Assembly: GCA_977030845.1 (NCBI GenBank)
Contig: OZ365110.1
Span: 28,520,001 to 28,584,000, forward strand
Length of the DNA: 64,000 nucleotides
Direction: 5' to 3'
DNA from: Fimbriosthenelais zetlandica
Lineage: Eukaryota
Position 1 is the first letter of the stretch. Every line of letters begins with the position of its first letter. The notes below the pieces were generated by a model. It had not been told where the DNA came from, made no database searches, and saw only the letters and a program-made list of their open reading frames with translations. Below are positions 39,170-51,300 of the stretch, in pieces. The position numbers and the translations under genes were made by a program.

Positions 39170-40340
39170 AAATATTAGGCCTAGGCCTTAATAAGGGTAC
39201 GACTATTAGAATACCGAAGGAGGGTGGGGGCTGGAGTTTTGTCAGGCAAATATTTATTTCAGAACAGAGAATATTTGCCTACAAAATTATTTATTAAAAA
39301 AAAAACTCCAGGCCTCCCCCCCAGTAGGGCCTATAGTAGGGCCTAGGCCTATTCTCCCCCTTAAATCTTGTGGTTATAGACCTTTAAGGCCTTCAATGTT
39401 AGGCTTATAATGAAGGCCGACGTTATTACAGTTATTGGCAAATGTAATGCAGCCTACCGGTAGCCTATCTATTTGCATTTGCCTAAGCCTAATAGATTGA
39501 TTGAGCGAATGGGGTTTAACGAAACCAAAAAGGGCCTATATATCGAGGCCTAATATACAATTGCCTTAAAAAATCATTAATAGGTTTGTGAACGTAACAC
39601 TGTGGACCTGACCTAGGACTAGGTTAGGCCTAGGTTATTGGCAATCTTGCTTTTGATAGATCTAGAAACTCGTGTAAACCTGTCTTGGTCTGTTATAGAT
39701 CCATTTCATATTCATATTTAGGCCTATACTAAAATATAAATATTATTAAACTTTGTCGTCATTGTAGGTGTTACCATAACTGTCACTGTAACTAGCCTAT
39801 AACTGTGTGTACTGTCACATTGTCTCTGTCCCCACCTTGGTGATTATTTTGTTTAGTTAAAACCTTAGAAATGACTAAATCTGAAAAAGAAATAGGCCTA
39901 TATCATGTAGGGCCTACCGATACATTGGCCTACAACTAATTCCCATGCCAGTAAGCCTATGCCTACCATTTTCTAGGCTAAGCCCTATAGGCCTAGGTCT
40001 AGCCTATGCTAGTTTGTAGAATTTAGGCCTAGCCTAGTCTATAAAATTTAATGATGGATAGGCCTATAATTTCCCATCAGAAGGCCTATAGCTAAGAGGC
40101 GTAAATTCTCTAAACAGGCCTAGGCAGCAATATCTCCGATAAGGCCTAGCCAAGGCAAGCCTACAGCAGGCCTATTCCTAGGCCATTGGCTGTTTAAATA
40201 GAACTGGACAAGGGTTAGGACACGAGAAATATTCAAAGCCCCGAGTGAATGGTTTGATTTGTAGCCATCGCAGATGTATACACCAAAGAATACAAATCCA
40301 TTGAAAATAAGTAGACCCTATCTGTAGGCCTACTTTTCCT
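39170..40340. repeat. Cluster of (T)AGGCCTA / GGCCTA words
   Basis: More than 15 dispersed AGGCCT/GGCCTA occurrences within about 1.2 kb, far denser than elsewhere in the window; not a tandem array. Confidence 0.8.
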
Positions 40341-41028
40341 CGGGACTATAATGCCCATGACATATATATGCCCAAGAATTTCAAGAAGAAAAATGGGCGG
40401 TGAGGGATTCATTATACCCGGATAGATCCAAGATCTTTCTTCAGGGACAAGCTTATAGGCTTCAGTGACAAGCTAAGGCTTAGCAGAGAGAGTCTCTCTG
40501 GGCTTATGAATGTGCTGCCCTTCGGGTTAGCCTTTTCCCGCCCTCACCCTAGGCTATATCATAGCCCTATACAAATTAATGTCATCTGAGTGAGATGCAC
40601 GAGTCATGGTGGGATTTTGTATGGCTGGTCAAATTACTCAGATATACTGTTATAGGTCCAGGCAAGTAATGCTTGTATGCACTCCCGTAGCCTGGCCGAG
40701 TAATGCATATAATTATGCATCATGAACTAATAGCGTTACGAAAAACCTCGGCCTTCATGAACATGCATATATTTTTTGCTCGCCTGGAAAGGGTTAATAG
40801 GCATGGAGTCTATATATTGTTGATAGGCCCAATTAAAACCCCCATGGTATGGGGGATTTAATTGTCTCTGGGAGGGAATAGATCCATAAGGCCTACTCAA
40901 CAGACTCCCCTCATCCCCCACCCTGCCTCTCCTCCCTCGCACGCGTGGCTTATCCTAGCCTGTAAACAAGCCTCGTCCTCCCAGCGAGGCTTGTCTTAGA
41001 ACCCCCACTAACTCGGTCAATTTTTTTT

Positions 41029-41119
41029 TGCAGTAAGTGCTACCATTGTGGCTTGGCACAAAAATATGTTTCACTTTTCTATAGCACATATCCAAAGGAA
41101 TAAGGTAGCACTTACTGCA
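41029..41119. repeat. Perfect 16-bp inverted repeat around a 59-bp spacer
   Basis: TGCAGTAAGTGCTACC (41029-41044) and GGTAGCACTTACTGCA (41104-41119). Confidence 0.7.
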
Positions 41120-44100
41120 CTTTTGAGCAATCCGGGAAAAACCATAGCGAAGCGGAGAGCTGGAGGCCAGCAATCCCCTCCGCCATGTTGTTTAGATTCG
41201 GGAACGAGGCTGGAGGAGTGGGAGCAGGTGGGAGCAGTTAGTATTCCTACTGGGTACGATTTGACCGGCATTTGCGCTCCGATGTAAACATAAACACGTG
41301 TGCAGGCAGGGATAGCGATTGTCTCACCACCAAAAGAGGAAAATAAGTAGCAAAAACAATTTATGTTACAAAATAACGCATTAGGACGTTTTTAAAATGT
41401 GTAGACACTTCACCGACTCAACGCCAACCCTGTAAATAGGAGGAATTTAAAGAAAGTGAGAAACATCGGGTGACGTCTAGTGGACGATAATAGGGTGGAA
41501 TGTTTAAATGGCCCTGAAATTTCACTGGATCGCGACATGTTGCCGAGACTTTGGTACATTATAAAGGGGAACAACCTTATTATGTGTGTCTATGTCTATG
41601 TCTATGTCCAATGGTTAAGATAGCCTACTAGCGCCACCGTGTCTCCTCGAGTCATATACTAGGAACTAGGATCCAAATTTTACATGTAACCAGTGACCTG
41701 TGCTCAAGACTGTTCTTCCCCCTCTCTTTGTCTGCTTATTTCCCTACCCCTGTTCACTTCTTTAATGGTTTAATTCATAATCCGAAGCGTTTTGCTCAAT
41801 ATTTCCTTTGATAATGACTATTTCCCTCCAAACTGTGCTGGCAGCTTTTACTAAGTACTAGGATCCAACTTTTACATGTAATGTGATGACTACTAGGCGA
41901 GCACCTCCTGTAAACTAACCGCTCCCGCGGTGACAGTTAAAAACATGGCGGCCTTAAACCCAAGTTTACTCGATTCACACCAATAATTGGGGATTTACTA
42001 AGTTATTAGTGTAGGACACCATACATCAAGTAGGCCAGGATAATTTATTTTTCATTTACACTTAGAATGTGGCATTATGTTGATAGTATTCCCTTCATAT
42101 AGTTAGATATAGGTATGTTGGGAAAATTGACCGATTTACTATAGGAGCTGCGTCCGTCCCGGAATAGGCTAGCCTCACCGGGACAGATACTCCGTCTAGG
42201 CTTATCCCAGTAGTCTTTATGGTCTGTTCGCTAGGTGACAGCACTGAGAAGGTGAGGCCGTATGTAACGACATCTCAAGTCAAGCCTGAGAACTAGGAGC
42301 CGGTTCCAGAGGCAGTTTCGTTTCCTCCCTCCGTTTTTGTCGGGGGTGGGGGGTGGCGGGGGGGGGGGGGAGGGGGGGGGGAGGGAGGGTGAGACAGACA
42401 GATACACAGAGACAGAAAGATATTATATAAATTAAGGGGCCTAGAAACAGGCTTAACCCTCAAGCAACAACAAAACACATCAAAACCGCATGGTTTTCAT
42501 TTTGTAAAATAAATTGGTACCAGAAACCCTGGAACTACATTTGCCTAGCCAAAACATCTTCTTTCTTTTTCCCTCTTTTTTAAAAACACTTCTCAAGTTA
42601 TCTGTGACTGATCCGAAGTACCAGGTGTGGGCTACATAACGTTGTTTCTATTTAGGTGAAAAGGCCCCACTTCTACCAAATAAATTTCAAGGGGATGTGG
42701 ATGTGATAGTTCGTCCAACACGAAACCTATCTATCACGGTATTTCTTTTTTATAGCCAATTCTCCCCATCAAGCTGTAGTATGGAAAAGTGAATATAAGT
42801 TGGCACTTGGAACTTTCCGAAGTCGGCCACAAGGGGGCAACAAAAACGCGAAGCAGCAGATGGATAAAAACGCAAGTGGAGATGAGTGGATTCTAGGTAA
42901 AGGGGGGCAGGTGAAAGTAAACATGTATGGGCCCTACCGTTATTACTGGCAATACTCCCATTCCTCACAGACTTGCTCTTTTTAATATAGATTATAGAAA
43001 GCGTGGTTCTTTCCCCGGGCCAGCTTTCTTGCTGACTAGCCTATTATATGTACCATATCGGAAGTCTAAGCTAAAGCAGAAAATAGGGGTCCACGAAATT
43101 GTAGGCGCTATCTTTATTAATTTGATTCAAGTTCAAGTGGATTATAATAGGTTTATAATCAGCTACAAATAAATAGAGCAATGGAATGTCTCCTAATCGT
43201 GCCCAGATATTGTAATTATCTTTATGGCTTCGAATGATTAAATTCCAGAACCTATGTCAATAATGTCAATTTAATCTAACAACTTTTGAGCCTGGTTTTC
43301 TGAGGACAGTGCCCCGCCCACTAGGTTGTAACCGGAGTTGCTCATGTTTTGACCGACTTTTGTGAACCACGTGGTGAAAACATTCACCTGAGAGGGTGGT
43401 AGAGGGTGAGGGGTGTGCCTCGGGGATCCTACCACTGCCGGCCCACCGTTTTGGCCTCCTAGATAGATCCTCCAATAGGGTTAGGGCGAAGTTCTGTTTA
43501 TCACTCATGCACATGTGGGCAGTGATGGGGGTTGGGGTGGAGGGCGCGGGCAGGGGGAAGGGGTTACTCGGCACATTCGATTTCAGGGATGAAAAGTTAT
43601 AGGAATACTAGGAATCCAAGATGACCAATTGCCTTTGTACAAAATGAAATGTTATTTTAAGGTATAAATCGCGAAAATTCTAGTGAGCGTTTAGGATGCG
43701 GTGAAGACAATGCAGCTCATGGCGGGATTCCTATTTGAGTGCCCCTCTCCCCCTTTCCACGAGCTCAGTTGCCACACCTACTTTGAAGAAATGCTCCCCC
43801 CTTCTACGATTTACTCTAGACTAACAACTACAGGTTACTCTCACAGACGCTCTCCTAAGTCCAGTCATAATCTTCGAAGAACAAGGTTCACATACTCTCT
43901 TAGAATACATGGAACGCAACTACAGTGGTTCATCCATTGAGGTAGGAATCATTTTCTTCTTTAGATTTTAGCCATTTAGCCTCGATTTCAAATCAGAAGA
44001 AAGTTATTTTACATCGAAGGGGAGATTTGTCATTTTTAAATGAAATTAGACACTTTAAGTTAACATTAAAACTGAAGAGATATAGGGACTATACAACTGC

Positions 44101-46108
44101 ATCAAGAATCCTTGGTTATTGAATGTCGTTTATCTTTATGTATAGGAGCCTTGTAGCTTTGGTAGCTATGACGTAGGTTTGACTTACATAGGGTTTCTAG
44201 CATCCGCAAATCTTCTAGATGTCCTGTCTTGGCCTCGATAGGTCAGTCCAGGCCAAGTATCTACACAAACATCCTTCATATTACACAAGTTATATAGAGA
44301 AAGGCGAGTACAACACTTGTGATACCAATCATATTTAAATCAAGCCCGGCTTAGATGTAATATAATGCAGACACCATATTGCATGGTTTAATGTAATACC
44401 ACCGATAGTAATCAGGGCCAGAATGAATGAGGAACGACCGACAATGCGTTATATGGTTTGAAGAAACCTGTCCTGGATGATTAAAACCCGAGGCACTAAA
44501 TTCAATCAAATCAAATACTAAAAAAAAAATTAAAGGAAGAAAAGAAAAAGCCTCCATGACAAAGACATGTGGTTCGTGAAAACGTCACTGAGTGTCAACA
44601 GAGGAATTACTTTTTAGTTATCTTCATAAATAAACATGAACAACATAAGACAATAGTAAGGTCCCCATTTCAATGCGTCATAAAAAAAAACTTCATAAAA
44701 AATCTATACAATTAAATCCCATCAGCGAAGATTACGAATACTCAGAATAGGTAGGTAGGTATAAATATATACATAGTACCTTCATACATTATGAATGGAC
44801 CTGTGGATGGTCACTCCTCCAGAAATCATCAATGAATTTTACATGTATAATGTTATCTGAATCAGACAATTCAAGGTTATCCACAGAGTAAAAACTTGCT
44901 AGTCTCGAGAAATTACTTCTTACATTTTAATTGTCAGTGGGTCGTCAATTACGACGTTGCATAGACAGGGCCGAGCAGTAACTGCGTCTGATTTTGGCAT
45001 ATTTTGGGTAATTGAAGAAATATTATGAGATGAAATAATTATCACCAACGCAAAATGTCGAAAACAGGAATGGACCAGAAGAAACAAGAAACTTCCAGTC
45101 TATGAACTATCCCCGGAGAAGCCTCTGGAAAACTAAGTAGGTAACTGCTGAATTATTATCATCCACCTCCTGCCAACACTGACGAGACGATAATATTGTG
45201 GTCGCTGCGTCAAACTTCATACATGTAAATCATGTCCCTCTACGTGTATGTGTCTGGGGAGAAATAAAAGAAAGAACTTACCTTGGGCCCGTGTAGACTA
45301 TCAAAACACATTTTTGAAATAAACCCAGGATACTTTTAAATACCAGGTCTAATTTTCCCCAGAATATAAATAGCAACAACAAACGGGCAAAAGCATCAGA
45401 GAAGTATAAACATAGTTTATCGAGCGCTCAGTGGGGAGCGAAGCAGCAAAAGCAATATTTACCACGTGCACTTTAATAAATTTATTTTTGAACGAGGCTT
45501 GGTCTAACTTTCAAGCCGTTACATTCTACGGCAGCTCAATATGAGCGCCCCCATGGCATTCTGTGGGCTGTCATAGTTATTGTCATGGGACCATCATAAC
45601 ATGTCGTTATCGGCCTAATTACGATAGTTATGACTACGGGGACATAAAGGAGAGGTATAGCCCGCCCAATGAGTGCAGCGGGGAATATAATGAATTCTAT
45701 AACATCTGGCAGGTCATTCCCCAGACCTCTGATTGGTTTATAGGAATACATTTCCTGATAAATCTGGTCGATAAATCCTAATGAACGGCTGAGATTTACC
45801 TCAAAGTGTCCCGGCCGAGACTATAGGCCTAGTTAATTTATTCACTAGGATAATGACAACATCCCTGTGCCTGCTTGCCTTCTTTCTGACTCGCCCAGTG
45901 CTGCCTATCGTGCGCTGCGCGTCTGCCTCTGCGTCACACAACTAGCAGGCCTGTGGCCAGCCTACCTCTCAGCCAACTGGCTCCCTTTGTCTGCCGGATT
46001 CCAAACCAAACGGACGCCATCTCACAGAAGCTGGGAGGAATACCAGGAACATTTTTCATGTGGATGTGGATATTATAGGCAGACTGAGAACGAATACACA
46101 CACCTTCA

Positions 46109-46117
46109 ATGACGGCC
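46109..46117 (+). CDS. Putative upstream exon end of the SLC6 gene contributing ATG ACG GCC (MTA)
   Basis: ATGACGGCC followed by consensus donor gtgagt at 46118. Phase 0 matches acceptor taatag|GTGACGGAAGAAAAGATG at 48329, giving [16 protein letters not shown]-richer promoter-like stretch lies at about 45890-46000. Confidence 0.4.
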
Positions 46118-48343
46118 GTGAGTTACACGTGGGAGAAGGATTTCTTTCTTTCTCTCTTTCTCTATCCATGCGGGCATGTATGTGAGCGCGTGCATGTTCT
46201 TTTCACATGAGTATTTGCCAAATGTTAGCCCTAGCAGGAGGTGAGGGGAAGGGGGCGTGGACCCTCCATCACTCCCCAGCATTATTTAGCATAGGTTTCC
46301 ATGGAAATATTCCATTCAAAACGATCAATTGAACATGAGATCATATACGGTAGCGCTCTCAAGCCGCTTTCTGTATGATTTTTAAAGAGACCCTTGAGTA
46401 TTTTTCCATTAAATATATTCATATCGTGCCACGCTTCGCTGTGAATGGAAATATTCATTTGTGACTTTGTCCGGTGGCGACCATTTCCTTGCTCGCAGTT
46501 TATACGACTATTCTGTGGGAATGGTATGAATCATTGGGAATGAAAGATGGCTGAAACCTGAGAATAACACTGTAACAGGGCACCTACCATCTCATAATGT
46601 TTATAGTACGGAACATTTCGCTTCCATGGCATGGACGATAAGCAAAATATTATTAGAGTCGCTTCCACAGTCCATTGCTCCGTAATCGGAAAATTTTCTA
46701 ACAGACTAAATATCCCTGATATGCCTAAACTATTATCAGGAAAGTGCGCAGACGGTGCCTCTTTATCAATTGTTCGTGAATTTCGCGACAAAGCAATTTT
46801 CTAATGTTCCAATTTTCCGTGCGAGGAAGGTGATAAAACAGGTTAGGCCTATCTCTCTCACCCAACTCACCTTTTATCTGGCTGATAATGTGCTTTTTCA
46901 TTGAGGGCACATGTTCTGGGGGTTGTTTCATAAACAGATTTCGCTCTTAAGGCGAATCTTTGGAGTCAAAGGCTGGGAACTGTTATGTAGAAAATGCCCC
47001 ATGACTAAGGTTGGACTCATAGACGTAGAGGCTGGAGTATAGTGCTAGCCACATGGGAACTACCTTTACTGCCGAGCTATGATTCACGGGAGTAGAATAA
47101 TCATCTCTGCGGCTAATTTATGCAGGGACGCGCGCCCAAGCTTTCGGCCATTCAGTGCAACGGCCATTTAATGGGAGCGTTTGGTAACAATATTTTCACA
47201 GATGGCGGAGAGAGGTGAATATTATATTACACGACTATAGCGTATCACATACATCGGTGTCGTTGTGACCGTTTGGTAGGGGATGGGGGGAGTCTATTTT
47301 CTCTCCAACATCCTTTGACAGCCACGTTATGTAATGGGCTAAAGTATGACGTCATACCCCCCATCCTTTGGCACATCTTTTATGTACCAACACCATATGC
47401 CTGGGGGTACAAATAAGAGGCGAGAAAGCAGTTATGTAGGCATAGTTGTTGAAGTTAAATGATTTGCGTCGTATGATATTGTTTCCGAAAACAGTGCGGG
47501 GGAATTGAAGTCTATACATGTATGTGTTGTGTGTTTGAATAATTATATCCTACCATGGATCATTTTGTTATGACACACTGCCATGTTCACACTCTTTGTT
47601 CGAGGCGTGGGAAATGTAGCGAGAATCTTAGAGTAATGAACTTGCGTCATGGGCCTACACGATTTCCCAGTTTTCTCCATAGTGGGAGAAGCTCCCTGCT
47701 TGGCTATAACTTAGCCGGGGGTTAATCCATTTATAGTGTGGCAGTGGGGTGGAATAACCCGGAGACGTCTGGTAATGGTTGAGCGATGTGAGATATAAAT
47801 GTATATATATCAGGCTAGAAATAAAGCCATATGTTGAAAACAACACTCACATCCTATCAAATAAATTACACATATTCATCTCAGCTCTAACGCCTGTTAT
47901 TCCTTCCTGCCACTTCATCTTGGAAATACATCTATTTAAATTAAACAGAGAGAAATGATTTAGGCTACTCACGTAACTCTGACCGTTTCCTCCAACATCT
48001 ATTTTCCCATGAGATGTTTCGTGTAGCCCTCGATGGTCATGTCAAAGGTGGAACTGTTAAACATGCCCTGTAAAATAAAGGTGTCCTTTGATGATTTACT
48101 ACGTCTATATTCCTGACTGGTTACAACAAATATATTCCATATATCTAGTCCTAATAGCTTGATACTAATATTTAGATGCGTAGGTTGTTTTAGTATTAAG
48201 CCAGAATGTAAAATAGTGATTTTAATTATTTAGCAATTACATCTGTTTACGTCCCCATCTCTCTTGAAAAGAAGAAAATTATAGAGTGTTTTTCCATAAA
48301 CTCATTGGGATTTATAATACGGTAATAGGTGACGGAAGAAAAG

Positions 48344-51300
48344 ATGGGCGCTAAGGACGTGGAGCGTGGAAGTCGCGGCAGTCGCGAGGACAGCGCCAGC
48401 GACGGTAGCGACGCACCAGCGAATCAGCGAGGCAACTGGGGGCGGAAGTTAGACTTCCTCCTCTCCTGCGTTGGCTATGCTGTAGGCTTAGGCAACCTAT
48501 GGAGGTTTCCCTACCTCTGTATGCGAAATGGTGGAGGTAAGCGATAATTTATGGTCAAATCGAATTGAAACTAATTTATTTCGTGAGAAATTATAGGCTA
48601 AGGTATTAACATTTACATTTTCACCCTATTTGAACTTATTTAAAATTTTTCTTTTCCTGGATACAAATCGTTTTACCCCTCCCTAGATATATATATCCAG
48701 TCAGTTTATCTGTCCATTGTATGTCTGCCAGTCTATAAATCCTGTACTTCAAATAACGACAATGGATTTAAAGCTTATGTAAGGCCTCACAATGATGGGT
48801 GGTTGGGGTTACAAGGGGCTGTAAATAGATTCTGTCTTTAGAACACTTAAAGCTCTATTCACAAGCAGTCTAGACCCCTAAAATGCACCGCGCTCCTCCC
48901 CTAAGTCTAGGTACTTAAATAAAATGCCCTCGAGTGTTTTTAGCAATATCCAGGATTCCGTGAATTTAACAATGCCTGATCACTCAGCTGGGACCTTCAA
49001 TATATCCGCGATAGAAATCAAAACGTTGATGCACTAAATCTAAGAGGTCCTTGGTCTAATCTTCAATGCCTCACCCACTATTTCTATCCCTATTTTATTT
49101 CATGTTGATTTGGGCGATTTGAGTGAAAAAAGGTGAACCAGGATCTGCACTGGGTACAGTGTTAAAGAACGCTTTCGCCGACGAATGTTGAACTTGTTGC
49201 TTTTACTATAATCTTTAAGTTTCTATAGGGGCAATAAACATGTTTTTCTTCCCACAATTGTGGAAACTTTAAATACCTATGTGCACTAGAGTGATCTCAA
49301 GACTGCTTTAAGAATATAGATTGCGAGAAGCAAATCTTCAACTGGATATCAAGCAGTGAAGATAGAGATTAGGTTGTGTGTTAATTATGTGATATTTTTG
49401 ACAGGCGCCTTCTTGATCCCCTACTTCATCTTCCTCCTCCTCTGTGGAATCCCACTCTTCTTCGCCGAGCTGGCTCTGGGACAGTATGCTAGCCTCAGCG
49501 CTATGTCCATCTGGAAGATCGCCCCCCTCTTCAAAGGTAACACATTGCATTCATTTGTTAATTTACCTTCGGCTAACATATTAACATGGGGAGATGCATA
49601 TTATGCATTTACCCCTGTTCGTTGAATCCAGGCATAATTTTCATTACGTGCCTTTCAAATTTTATTCTCAGTGTTTGACCATTATTTGGCGGAATTTTGG
49701 CCTGGTTATTCTTCTTCATATAAAACGCATGATAAAAAAAATAATTTAGTCTAAAGGCTTCTTATGATGAAACCGAATTATGCTTTGAATTTCCATCAAT
49801 TATCTTTTAGAAAGTGCCTAATCAAACCAAATGGAAAATACGCGACAGGAATGTATTATGTAAGAATATCTAGTGAAGAATTAATATAATTGAACAAATA
49901 TCTTTAAATCCTATTAATAGATCAAGTGCTGATTGACTTGGATTTCTCATTGCTGCAGTTCAGAAAGAAAATAGCTAGTAGCATGAACGATGTAAGGGGT
50001 AGTCCGATGAAATATTGATACATTTTTGGTCAACAATGAAAAGTAATCCTCTCACCTCCTGCATGTTATAGAAAGGAGTGAAGGAATTCTGCGTTTGTTT
50101 TTACTTCTTTGTTGGACATAATGCTCTGTCCTGCATGCTTATGCATGGGTAATTGTTACTGGTACCATCGACGCCATCTCCTAAATATTTTGAAATTAAA
50201 TCCTTTGGAATGACGTATGTCATATGATTCTGGAATAACACGTGGGGAAATACAAGTGACTGTGGTAGGAATTTGGGTTTGTTCGCCCAAGTCATAGCTG
50301 GAGGAATTTGGACTTGGTACTTAGTGTACCCGACGCTTTGTTATGAGAGAAAGCTGATCCGTTAAAGAGTAATTTAGGACTAAAATAATTCTTATCAATT
50401 CAGCACTAACTACCAGAGTGCAAATATTATTTTGCATTTTTCGCATTATCGATCCATACCTGGCCTTTATATTAGGAATCATTTCAAATGCTAAATTGAC
50501 AAAAAGACGGAAAGAAGAATCATAGAGACTCAAATGATTATTCATTTCGAAACTTTGCCCCCCACCACTTTACCCCCCACAACCTCAGTATGTAAATTTA
50601 TCTTGTATACTTTCATCATTTTCAGGCTTCTATCTCTTTTCCTAGCGGTCTCTAGTCTTCTTACCTGATTATAAGCCAGGGCTTGACATAATCCATCCAT
50701 CTTTCTAAGAAACCATGTTCAATCACCAAGTAAACTGTTCAGCTACATTTTTGAGTTAATGGAGGGAATAATTAGGACAAAATCGAACCAATGTAGATTA
50801 TACATGTAGTACTAGTAGCCTAACCCATGATGGATAAATAAGCCCAGGCCTATAGTCAGCTAAGTTGTGTGCTATAAATCTTACACGTTTACCCGTGTTT
50901 AGATCTGATTGTCTCATTTTTGTCAAACCGTCTCTGTAGTCGTAGGTGAAAAAAATATTTTTAATTTTGCTTGCAGCGTATGCAAGGTTACAGATAAAAA
51001 GTTTGTGCCAGTTTACAAAACGCTAACGATAGGAAAACATGATGACCATCCATTCTCTGGTATCTTTGGTCTACCCTTTTCCGCCTCATTCATTCTACAT
51101 TTTCTACACAGGATAATGGTTTATGTTTCTGTGTCTTTCTCACTCCTCAGCATTTCAAAGCCTATATGACATTCTTAATCCAAAGAAACGTGTAATACTT
51201 TTGCAGGAAATGAAACGCAATGGTCACTCTCATTTTCTTCTTAGATGCCCTATAGGAAGGCTCCATGATAACTAACACATGGCAGGGAGACTGTGAATGT

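Noticed and set aside
41665-41882. Repeated ACTAGGATCCAA(A/C)TTTTACATGTAA as a long TSD
   Set aside because: The intervening 165 bp shows no element features; treated as a minor local duplication.
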